Of a stretch of 64,000 nucleotides of DNA, positions 56,093-64,000 are shown one piece after another. Under the pieces are notes generated by a model. The model searched no databases. It was not told the DNA's origin and saw only the letters and a program-made list of their open reading frames with translations. Source of the stretch: Dehalococcoidales bacterium (GTDB lineage Bacteria; Chloroflexota; Dehalococcoidia; Dehalococcoidales; CSSed11-197); assembly GCA_028717385.1 (NCBI GenBank), contig JAQUNW010000003.1, positions 12,640-76,639 on the forward strand. Direction: 5' to 3'. The position numbers were made by a program, and so were the translations under genes. Each line of letters opens with the position of its first letter. The first letter of the stretch is position 1.

Positions 56093-56996
56093 CGTTTACT
56101 ACTTCGCTGGCCTTAAGCGCAATTCTTAACGTGTTTAAGCCCTCCTGGCCATCCACCAGAGGTTTAGTGTTGTTGTTAACACAAGAAATAAAATGGGTGA
56201 TTTCTGTTTTTAATGGCTCGGTCTTTACAATTTTAATGCGAGATTCCTGATATGAGTTGTGAAGGGTGAGTTGCTGCTCAATATAATCCAGGTAGCTGAT
56301 CCCTTCGCTCCCGGTAGCGACCAGAGTGCGCACTTTGTGTGGCGTAAACCAGTTCACTTCTAACGAAGCTGAGCTATCACCAAAATCTAGCATGATAAGA
56401 GCATGGTCTTCCCGGCTGGGATGCTTGAAGCGTCCGGCTTTGGAATATACTGCTACAGGCTCTTTGCCGGTAAGAAAACGGGTTGCGTCGATATCGTGTG
56501 TAGCGGAGTCTATTATGATACCGACATCTCTTATTCTGGGCTGAAACGGGCCTACCCGGCGCGTAGAAATGAGCATAATTTTACCTAGAACACCTTGTTC
56601 TATCAATTCTTTGAGCTTAAGTATAACCGGATTGAAGCGCTCAATATGACCAACCATTAATTTCACGTCGTTATCTCGGGCGGCTTTAATCATCTCCTCT
56701 GCTTCTTTAACAGTAGAGGCGATCGGCTTTTCTACCAAGCAGTGGGTTTTAGCAGCAAGAAACTCAAGTGCAACATCTTTATGAGCACTGGTCGGTACTG
56801 CAATACTTACCACATCTACATGACCAAGCAGTTTGCGGTGATCGCCAAAACAACGCGTATTATATTTAGCACCGATTTCCTGAGCACGTTTTATATCTGC
56901 ATCTGCAACACCAACTAGCTCACATCCCAGTTCCCGGTAGACACGGACATGGTGTTGCCCCATAGCTCCAAGGCCGATGACCCCGGCTTTAATCAT
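56079..56996 (-). CDS. Gfo/Idh/MocA oxidoreductase, WbpB-like UDP-sugar 3-dehydrogenase candidate
   Basis: Rossmann motif GVIGLGAMGQHH and the EKP motif (VEKPIA). The ATG at 56996 lies just after the stop of the upstream dehydrogenase. Its neighbours are WbpA/D/E-like genes. Confidence 0.7.
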   Translation of the reverse strand: MIKAGVIGLGAMGQHHVRVYRELGCELVGVADADIKRAQEIGAKYNTRCFGDHRKLLGHVDVVSIAVPTSAHKDVALEFLAAKTHCLVEKPIASTVKEAEEMIKAARDNDVKLMVGHIERFNPVILKLKELIEQGVLGKIMLISTRRVGPFQPRIRDVGIIIDSATHDIDATRFLTGKEPVAVYSKAGRFKHPSREDHALIMLDFGDSSASLEVNWFTPHKVRTLVATGSEGISYLDYIEQQLTLHNSYQESRIKIVKTEPLKTEITHFISCVNNNTKPLVDGQEGLNTLRIALKASEVVNDVQR

Positions 56997-58314
56997 ATAA
57001 AGTCCTTCCCAGGCCTTTGTATCTAAGGCCATTTTGTTTAATTATATTTGGATCCCATGCGGCTCTGATATCTATGATTAGATTACCTGTCATTAAGCTT
57101 TTGACACGGGCAAAGTCAAGATTCTTATACTGGGAATGAGCTGTAGAAAGGATTACGCAATCCGCCCTTGTAATAGCTTGGTAAAGATCCGGTTCGGTCT
57201 TGAAGTCATATTCCTTGTCTTTTATAAAAGGATCATGCACGGTTACTTTGTAATCCTTTTCTTCTAGTTTATTGATTAACCGGGGAGTATGGGAAGTGTC
57301 GAAAGATCTTACTCCGGGTTTGAAGCTGAGGCCGAGCACGGTAATATTTTGCATGCCGTTTTCTATCATACTGACGATTACGTTGAATATATCTTCGTTA
57401 AGAGCGCGAGCTGCTGTCATAACTGGTGGGGTAAAACCTCTTTTTGAAGCATCACTGATAACATAATAGGGGTCCATTGGTATACAATGACCGCCAACCA
57501 GCCCAGGTTGGAGTATGTGACAATAAGGCTGTGAGTTGGCGGTTTCAATCAGTTCCTGGACGTCTACTCCATAAAGTTGACATAATAATGCCAATTCATT
57601 GGCAAAGGCGATATTTACATCCCGGTAGGTATTCTCGATTACCTTATCAAGCTCAGCTGCTATAATGCTCTTCATGTGTATTACGGAAGGCGCAAAAGTT
57701 GAATAGACCGCAGAGAGGGCAAGGGTACTTTTGCTATCAATGCCGCCAACGATTTTAGGGTAGGTTTTCAGATCCTTTAATACTTGAGGAGACTGGGTGC
57801 GCTCTGGAGAGTAGGCAAGTCCAAAGTCACAGCCTGCCTTTAATCCGGTGTTTTTAGTAATAAGTTCTCCCAGCACAAATTCGGTAGTTCCGGGCGGTAC
57901 TGTACTTTGAAGAACTATGATCTTGCCAGCACTCATGTGTGGGCTGATACTCATGGCAACTTTTATTACTGCTTCTATATCTGGCTGTTCATCTTTTATT
58001 AACGTTGGCACAGCAATGATTAACATATCAGCGTCTCTAATGGCTGCAACATCAAGAGTAGCACGAAGTTTTCCCGACCTTACGCAATTATATATAAGGT
58101 CAGCAAGCCCTTCCTCGTCTGGATAAGGTGTTTTAGCATTATTGACAGTGTCTACAGTGTGAGGATTGATATCAATCCCGGTAACTTTAAATCCGGCATC
58201 TGCCAATACGGCGGCCAGAGGTAATCCAACCCGGCCCAGTCCGATGAAGGCAATTTTTACTGAGCGCTCGCTTGCCAAGTTTTTAATTTCGTTTTCACTG
58301 TACAAATAGAGCAC
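56989..58314 (-). CDS. nucleotide-sugar 6-dehydrogenase (WbpA/WecC-like UDP-N-acetyl-hexosamine dehydrogenase)
   Basis: 441 aa with IGLGRVGLPLA. The catalytic Cys context is GLVGGHCIP. Confidence 0.8.
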   Translation of the reverse strand: MLYLYSENEIKNLASERSVKIAFIGLGRVGLPLAAVLADAGFKVTGIDINPHTVDTVNNAKTPYPDEEGLADLIYNCVRSGKLRATLDVAAIRDADMLIIAVPTLIKDEQPDIEAVIKVAMSISPHMSAGKIIVLQSTVPPGTTEFVLGELITKNTGLKAGCDFGLAYSPERTQSPQVLKDLKTYPKIVGGIDSKSTLALSAVYSTFAPSVIHMKSIIAAELDKVIENTYRDVNIAFANELALLCQLYGVDVQELIETANSQPYCHILQPGLVGGHCIPMDPYYVISDASKRGFTPPVMTAARALNEDIFNVIVSMIENGMQNITVLGLSFKPGVRSFDTSHTPRLINKLEEKDYKVTVHDPFIKDKEYDFKTEPDLYQAITRADCVILSTAHSQYKNLDFARVKSLMTGNLIIDIRAAWDPNIIKQNGLRYKGLGRTLYD

Positions 58315-58878
58315 TTATTCCTTCCTAGTTATTACTTTTGCAGGGTTTCCGGCAACAGTTGTTCCAGCTGGTACGTCTTTGGTAACTACAGAACCTGAAC
58401 CTATTACAGCGTTCTCTCCAATTACAACACCTGGAAGAATCACTGCATTAGCACCGATACGAGCCCCTTTTTTGATATAGGATCCCTTGAGAGTTGCGCC
58501 TGCCTGCATATATTTATCATTAGTGGTGACAGAGCAAGGCCCCATAAAGACGTAATCTTCTATGACAGTATAAGCCGTTACATAAGCTCCAGTTTGCAAG
58601 CTCACATAATTGCCAATGTTAGCGTTTCCGTCAATTACAACATTGGTGCCAACCACAACGTTATTACCCAAGCGGGTATTTTCGCGTATTAAGATATTAT
58701 GCCCGGTTTTTAAGTCATTCCCAATAACTACACCAGAATATATCACAGATCCAGATCGAATGATGGCATTAGTGCCAATTACCAGTCTACCGCCCTCTGT
58801 ACTACCTAATACGATATTGCCCTCGATAATTGCTCCATTGCCTAGTATCACCTCTCCTTTTTTTGTTATATCAGGCAT
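58315..58878 (-). CDS. left-handed beta-helix (hexapeptide) N-acetyltransferase, WbpD-like
   Basis: 187 aa of hexapeptide repeats ([38 protein letters not shown]). Confidence 0.8.
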   Translation of the reverse strand: MPDITKKGEVILGNGAIIEGNIVLGSTEGGRLVIGTNAIIRSGSVIYSGVVIGNDLKTGHNILIRENTRLGNNVVVGTNVVIDGNANIGNYVSLQTGAYVTAYTVIEDYVFMGPCSVTTNDKYMQAGATLKGSYIKKGARIGANAVILPGVVIGENAVIGSGSVVTKDVPAGTTVAGNPAKVITRKE

Positions 58879-59956
58879 TTTTTAACACCTCTGCTATTGT
58901 GTTTAGATCATGGCTGGTAAGAGATGGGTGCACCGGCAAGCTCAACACCTCACGCGCAGCCTGTTCCGAGGTGGGCAGTTCATCTGTATAATCCAGGTCT
59001 CTAAACATGGGTTGTTGATGTATCGGTATCGGATAATGAACACCGCAGCCGATACCGTTAGCTTCAAGATAATTTTTTAATTCGTCTCGACTCATCTTGT
59101 AATTGGGAGTAACTCGAATGGTGTATTGGTGAAAAACATGCTTGCTGCCTTTTAAAACCTGTGGTGGCACTAAGCCATTTATACTGGTGATGACTTCGGT
59201 AAGAAAACCGGCATTTTTTATTCTGACTTCGTTAAAAAGGTCCAATCTCTTTAGCTGGCTAAGGCCAATTACTGCAGCAATCTCCGTCATGCGAGCGTTG
59301 TAACCGAGTATGGTGTGTCTATAGCGCTCAGCTTGGCCGTGATTTCGGAGAAGGCGGCATTTACAGGCTATGTCCTGATCGTTCGTGGTTATCATGCCGC
59401 CTTCTCCGGTGGTCATATTTTTAGTGGGATAGAAAGAAAAGCAACCAATTCCGAAGGAACCGGCTTTGTGTTCTCTCCAACTCGCTCCATGTGCTTGGCA
59501 GGCATCTTCGATCATAACCAGGTTGTGGTGCTCGCAAATATCCTGCGTGGCTTCTATATTAAATACTTGTCCATAAAGGTGAACCCCAATTATAGCTTTT
59601 GTGCGGGGAGTGATTTTAGACTCTATTTCATTAGGATCAATATTAAAGGTAACCGGATCAATATCCGCAAAGATTGGCCGCGCACCGCATTGAAGTACTG
59701 CTGTCGCGGATGCTATGAAGCTGAAAGGTGTGGTTATAACTTCATCACCTTCCCTGATCCCGGCTGCTAGCAAGGCCAACTGTAAAGCGTTTGTTCCACT
59801 AGTAGTAGCAATTGCGTGTTCTGAGCTTATATAGCTGGCAAAAGCTTCTTCGAACTCTTTAACATATCTGCCTTGTGCAAGACTACCAGAGACGATCACC
59901 TGCCGTATAGTCTCTTCTGTATCTTGATCGATAACCGGTTTTGCTATTGGAATCAT
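58871..59956 (-). CDS. DegT/DnrJ/EryC1/StrS PLP-dependent aminotransferase, WbpE-like
   Basis: 361 aa with the PLP-lysine context [15 protein letters not shown]. Confidence 0.85.
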   Translation of the reverse strand: MIPIAKPVIDQDTEETIRQVIVSGSLAQGRYVKEFEEAFASYISSEHAIATTSGTNALQLALLAAGIREGDEVITTPFSFIASATAVLQCGARPIFADIDPVTFNIDPNEIESKITPRTKAIIGVHLYGQVFNIEATQDICEHHNLVMIEDACQAHGASWREHKAGSFGIGCFSFYPTKNMTTGEGGMITTNDQDIACKCRLLRNHGQAERYRHTILGYNARMTEIAAVIGLSQLKRLDLFNEVRIKNAGFLTEVITSINGLVPPQVLKGSKHVFHQYTIRVTPNYKMSRDELKNYLEANGIGCGVHYPIPIHQQPMFRDLDYTDELPTSEQAAREVLSLPVHPSLTSHDLNTIAEVLKNA

Positions 59957-59980
59957 AAATGAGGTAACCTTTCTTTCATA

Positions 59981-60919
59981 CTACTTTCCATATACTTCTA
60001 TTGTCATTTTCAGTCCATCTTTAAGGGAATATTCCGGGCTATAGCCAAAGGCAACTTTTGCCCTTGAAATATCTGCCAGGGAATGAGCTACATCTCCCTG
60101 GCGTGGGCCAGAATAAACTGGAGAAAGGTCCGCCCTGCCCATCATTTTTAATATGGTTTCTGCCAGTTCATTAAGGCTTATGTTTGCACCAGTGCCAATG
60201 TTATAAGCGCCAGTTGCCGGGTTTATTGCAGCCAGGATATTGGCATTAACTACATCTTTTACAAAAGTAAAATCTCTGGTCTGGGTGCCATCTCCAAATA
60301 TTCCTGGAGGTTTTCCCTGTTTGATAAGAGATATAAACATGGGGATAACTGCCGCATAGGCAGAATTGGCAGCCTGGCGTGGGCCATATACATTGAAGTA
60401 GCGCAGGCTGGCAGTTGGCAAACCGTATGAAGCGGTAAAAGCCGCACAGTAATACTCGCCGCTAATCTTGGAAGCGGCATACGGCGAAAGGGGGCGCGGC
60501 AGCATAGCTTCTATCTTGGGAAGGGTTGGGGTATCGCCATACACCGAAGAGGAGGAGGCATAAACCACCTTTTTTACACCGGAATCCTTCGCGGCAATTA
60601 ACACATTTAACGTACCGTTAATATTGGCGTGATTGGTAGCAATAGGGTCAGCAATACTGCGCGGTACACTGGGTAGAGCAGCTTGGTGAAATACGTAAGC
60701 CACCCCCTGGCAGGCTTTTTGCAGGCGGTCAATATTGTTAACTGAAAAACAAAGTACTTCCAGGTTGGGGTTGGCAGATAGATGTTGAAGGTTGGCCAGG
60801 TTGCCGGTAGAAAGATCATCCACCACAGTAACCTGATACCCCGCTCCAAGCAAATTCTCAGTTAAATGAGAACCAATAAAACCGGCACCGCCGGTCACCA
60901 ATACCTTTTCTTGTTTCAT
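59981..60919 (-). CDS. NAD-dependent nucleotide-sugar epimerase/dehydratase (SDR)
   Basis: 312 aa with TGGAGFIGSHL and the catalytic YAASK. Confidence 0.85.
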   Translation of the reverse strand: MKQEKVLVTGGAGFIGSHLTENLLGAGYQVTVVDDLSTGNLANLQHLSANPNLEVLCFSVNNIDRLQKACQGVAYVFHQAALPSVPRSIADPIATNHANINGTLNVLIAAKDSGVKKVVYASSSSVYGDTPTLPKIEAMLPRPLSPYAASKISGEYYCAAFTASYGLPTASLRYFNVYGPRQAANSAYAAVIPMFISLIKQGKPPGIFGDGTQTRDFTFVKDVVNANILAAINPATGAYNIGTGANISLNELAETILKMMGRADLSPVYSGPRQGDVAHSLADISRAKVAFGYSPEYSLKDGLKMTIEVYGK

Positions 60920-60939
60920 GGCTGTTAGTACTCCCGGAA

Positions 60940-62712
60940 TTAAGTTACTGTGACCGATTTGGCAAGGTTGCGTGGCCTGTCCGGGTCAAGGGAACGGGCT
61001 ATTGATGAATGAAAAGCAAAAAGTTGCAGCGGTATTATACACGCCAATGGGTAGAAATATTCATTAACCTTGGGTATTTCAATATAAATATCAAAGAGTT
61101 TATCGGGCTTGTCGGAAACACCAATTATAAACGCTCCACGTGCTTTAACCTCTGAGATGTTAGAGAGAATATCATCTCGCGTGCCGTCACAGGGGGCAAT
61201 AGCAATCACCGGTGAGCCCTCTTCTATCAGGGCAAGTGTGCCGTGTTTTAATTCCCCGGCAGACATGCCCTCCGAATGAACATAGGCTACCTCTTTGAGC
61301 TTGAGGGAGGCCTCTCCGGCAACTGCAAAATTAATACCTCGTGCAATATAATAAAACTTGTCATGATTGGCTAATTTGATGGCCGTCTTGGGTATAGCAT
61401 AGTGATTAACGCGCAGATTTTCCTCTAATAGCTCTGCTATGTGTTGTAGCTCTGTTTCTGCCTCTTCCAGGCGCCCAGCTATTGAAAATGATAGAAGGTA
61501 TAAAAGCACCAGTTGGCTAATGAAGCTCTTGGTAGCAGCAACTGCAAATTCTGCACCGCAGTTTAAATATAGCGTACAGTCACTCATGCGAGCCAGTGTG
61601 GAGCCAAAGGTATTTATAATAGAAAGTACCTTTGCTCCTCTGCTTTGTGCTTCTTTAATCCCTTCAATAACATCGGCGGTTTCCCCGCTTTGAGACACTG
61701 CAATTACCAGTGTATTTTCATCTACCGCATCTCCAAAATAACTGAACTCCGAAGAGGTGATAACATCGCTGAAGCGGTGGGCAATCTTAGAGAACATATA
61801 CCGGCCGATAAGCGAAGCGTAGCGTGAGCTCCCGCAAGCGGTAAAAACCACAGACCGACAGTTATTAACTAGCGTGGCAGCTTTTTGGAGTGTTTCTCTA
61901 TCCTGTTTCATGGCGGATATAATTGCCTGAGGTTGGTCAAATATCTCCTTGAGCATGAAGAAATCAAAACCATTCTTGTCCCGTACTGCCAAATCCACAT
62001 CCAGCATAATTGGATCTTTGGAGATTTTTTTACCGGATCCAGAAAGTATGTTGATTTTATTCGGTGTAATAACTACCGCTTCTTTGTCATCCAGAAAGAG
62101 TACTTTACGAGTATAAGGAAGGAAAGCTTGAAAATCACTAGAGACAAAATTTTCACCCTTGCCAAAACCGACTACCAGTGGGCTCCCTTTTCGTATAGCA
62201 ACAATCTTTTGCGGTTCTACAATTGAAGTAACAACCAATGCATAAGTCCCTCTGAGTTCCCTTGTTGCCCGGATAACAGCCTGTTCCAGGGGTACACCCG
62301 GAAGCAGGTGCTCTTCTATTAAATGGACAATAACCTCAGTATCAGTCTCCGAAATAAACTCGTGTTTGGAACCAAGCTTCCTTTTTAATTGCAGGTAATT
62401 ATCAAGTATGCCGTTGTGAGCAACTGCGATGTATTTTAGACAATCAAGGTGCGGGTGAGCATTGATTGCAGTAACGCCTCCATGAGTTGCCCAGCGGACA
62501 TGCCCAATACCGGTGTTACCGGGCAGGCGACTTAAAGAACACTCCTGTTCAACCTCTTCCAGCTTACCAATACCCTTTTTTAAATGCAGATCTCCGTTAA
62601 AAACAGTAGCTATACCGGCTGAATCGTAACCGCGGTACTCGAGCCTGGTAAGACCATCCAAAAGCACGGTAGCTGCTTGTTGTTTGCCAGTATAACCTAT
62701 TATCCCGCACAA
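60940..62712 (-). CDS. glmS: glutamine--fructose-6-phosphate aminotransferase
   Basis: 590 aa with an (M)CGIIGY Ntn start (TTG start codon), two SIS domains and a C-terminal KSVTV. Confidence 0.93.
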   Translation of the reverse strand: MCGIIGYTGKQQAATVLLDGLTRLEYRGYDSAGIATVFNGDLHLKKGIGKLEEVEQECSLSRLPGNTGIGHVRWATHGGVTAINAHPHLDCLKYIAVAHNGILDNYLQLKRKLGSKHEFISETDTEVIVHLIEEHLLPGVPLEQAVIRATRELRGTYALVVTSIVEPQKIVAIRKGSPLVVGFGKGENFVSSDFQAFLPYTRKVLFLDDKEAVVITPNKINILSGSGKKISKDPIMLDVDLAVRDKNGFDFFMLKEIFDQPQAIISAMKQDRETLQKAATLVNNCRSVVFTACGSSRYASLIGRYMFSKIAHRFSDVITSSEFSYFGDAVDENTLVIAVSQSGETADVIEGIKEAQSRGAKVLSIINTFGSTLARMSDCTLYLNCGAEFAVAATKSFISQLVLLYLLSFSIAGRLEEAETELQHIAELLEENLRVNHYAIPKTAIKLANHDKFYYIARGINFAVAGEASLKLKEVAYVHSEGMSAGELKHGTLALIEEGSPVIAIAPCDGTRDDILSNISEVKARGAFIIGVSDKPDKLFDIYIEIPKVNEYFYPLACIIPLQLFAFHSSIARSLDPDRPRNLAKSVTVT

Positions 62713-62815
62713 AGCCCTTAACCTTTTTCTTATGGTTTTTTTATAGCCGCTCTTTATAGAGCATGGTTAAGCGTTGTTGTTGTCTATGAATAGCCCCTGT
62801 ATGTAACTAATCGAT

Positions 62816-62844
62816 ATAGTAAGCTACGAACAAAGCTGTGTCAA
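62816..62844 (-). promoter_or_regulatory. candidate sigma-70 promoter of glmS
   Basis: On the minus strand, TTGACA (62844-39), 17 nt, TACTAT (62821-16). It would give a leader of about 95 nt. Confidence 0.5.
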
Positions 62845-62941
62845 TTCTATTTATATCAAATAACCTTACTAAAACTTACTAAATTGTATTAAACAAGACT
62901 ACTACTTTAGTACCTGTTACTATATTGCTACCTGTTTTTAC

Positions 62942-63679
62942 TCAAAACAGATATGGTGCAATCACAAAGAGCACCGTATTATTAGCTCCATGGGCTAAAA
63001 TTACACCAGTTAATGAGCCGGTTTTCATAGCTGCCCACGCAAAATAAAGCCCGGCAAAGAACACAAAGATAATATCTGCTGCGGAAAGAAAGCCAAGATG
63101 GAGCACAGCAAACAGTACGCTTGTGTAGATTATCCCTTTCCGACCGAAGTATTCCAGGGCGGTTGTTTGCATAACACCCCGGAATATTATTTCTTCTACA
63201 AAACCAGTAGTTACAAATAGGATGATTGCAGCCAGCAAGCCAGATTGCCAGTTGAGTTCTCCTATAAGAGGCTCTGCCTGGAGTATAAAATACTCTATAA
63301 AACCAAGGCCTATGCCACTAATTGCGATAAGAGTATTGGCTAACGCTGGTTTAAAGGTAAAACCAATATCCCTGAACCTTAGACCCAGCATGTACATAAG
63401 AGCAACTGCTGCAAGAAACAGCGGTAAATACATCAAGGGGAACCACCATATTTGGGATAATCCGGCAAGTGGCATGCTAAGGCTTATGATCCTGACTAAA
63501 GGAACCAGAGAAAGAGATAGAACCAAACGGGATTGCTGGTAATTATCTTTTAAAGCGGGGATAATAAGTGTTGCGAGCAGAATAACTCCAAACAGGGCGA
63601 GCCCAACCAAAACATCAACGAAAACCGTTAAGCATTCTGCGATTGTAATAAATACTAATAGAATTAGTGCAAGGTGCAT
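62942..63679 (-). CDS. CPBP (CAAX) family intramembrane glutamic endopeptidase
   Basis: 245 aa, polytopic, with EEIIFRG, FAVLH and HGANN motifs. Confidence 0.85.
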   Translation of the reverse strand: MHLALILLVFITIAECLTVFVDVLVGLALFGVILLATLIIPALKDNYQQSRLVLSLSLVPLVRIISLSMPLAGLSQIWWFPLMYLPLFLAAVALMYMLGLRFRDIGFTFKPALANTLIAISGIGLGFIEYFILQAEPLIGELNWQSGLLAAIILFVTTGFVEEIIFRGVMQTTALEYFGRKGIIYTSVLFAVLHLGFLSAADIIFVFFAGLYFAWAAMKTGSLTGVILAHGANNTVLFVIAPYLF

Positions 63680-63832
63680 GTTAATTAAACAGAGTACTAA
63701 TAATTGTCATCGGATGTATTATAGCACAACGCTTAGACAAATTGTGTCAAACCTCACGGCAATTAGTATCGTTACAACACGGGTGATATAATAGTTATTT
63801 AATAACAATATAACGAAGGTACTATTAAAGAA

Positions 63833-64000
63833 ATGAAGGAAGAAATAAAATCCACCTATTTTTGCGACCATGATTATAATGTGTGGCTTCTTTTTAACCA
63901 TACCTGGCGTGCTATGTTTAAAGCCAGAGAGAGGGAGCTGTTAACCTATAAAATAACTCCAGAACAAGCAGAGGTGCTGTTGGCTGTGCAAGCGCTTGGC
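63833..64000 (+). CDS. MarR-family regulator, N-terminal part (runs off the window end)
   Basis: My translation is MKEEIKSTYFCDHDYNVWLLFNHTWRAMFKARERELLTYKITPEQAEVLLAVQALG, the typical start of a MarR wHTH. The frame is open to position 64000. Confidence 0.6.
   Translation, partial: MKEEIKSTYFCDHDYNVWLLFNHTWRAMFKARERELLTYKITPEQAEVLLAVQALG

Noticed and set aside
62713-62941. glmS ribozyme in the glmS leader.
   Set aside because: The minus-strand leader is about 95 nt and AT-rich. It lacks the conserved ribozyme core segments I remember (for example GACGAGG and the ...CGGCGGAUGC... region). Only a promoter and small hairpins are present.
1-64000. CRISPR arrays, rRNA genes and long tandem repeats.
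   Set aside because: I saw no regularly spaced direct repeats and no rRNA-like conserved segments when reading the window. The only repeats are the short elements listed above and the paralogous gene pairs (FmdE, DUF364, FecCD).

Overview
64-kb bacterial chromosomal window, about 65 protein genes and 2 tRNAs, with no rRNA and no CRISPR array. The gene content and the Pro/Thr-rich linkers on many lipoproteins look Chloroflexota/Dehalococcoidia-like, but I could not verify the taxonomy.

Left third (housekeeping):
- A PyrR-regulated pyrimidine operon on the minus strand (pyrR-pyrB-pyrC-carA), followed by pcrA, pyrE, lepB and trmO.
- A complete riboflavin operon (ribD-ribE-ribBA-ribH).

Middle:
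- An 8-gene, translationally coupled ABC-importer operon: chelate-type binding protein, FecCD permease, ATPase, FmdE-Zn-ribbon, DUF364, two SAM methyltransferases and a second DUF364.
- A MarR/MFS pair.
- A degraded mobile region next to tRNA-Val(GAC). It holds transposase fragments, a catalytic-domain-less serine recombinase with an in-frame TAA whose 3' end overlaps the tRNA, and a deletion scar joining two truncated convergent genes.

Right half:
- bioY.
- mutS2 start/stop-coupled to a Vms1/VLRF1-like peptidyl-tRNA hydrolase.
- degV.
- A NurA, unknown-protein, HerA operon followed by a patatin gene.
- tRNA-Ala.
- A NapH-like polyferredoxin lying divergent to a lipoprotein and a pentahaem cytochrome that is split by an in-frame TGA with a SECIS-like hairpin.
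- A roughly 780-aa lipoprotein split by an in-frame TAG.
- A tightly packed KamA, two ATP-grasp, GNAT operon.
- copA and transporter genes.
- A UDP-2,3-diacetamido-sugar (WbpABED-like) cluster with glmS.

Most interesting candidates: the KamA/ATP-grasp/GNAT operon, the TGA-containing cytochrome, the MutS2-VLRF1 coupling, the NurA-X-HerA module and the FmdE/DUF364/methyltransferase importer operon.

All functional calls rest on motifs I recognised in the translations. No database search was run.
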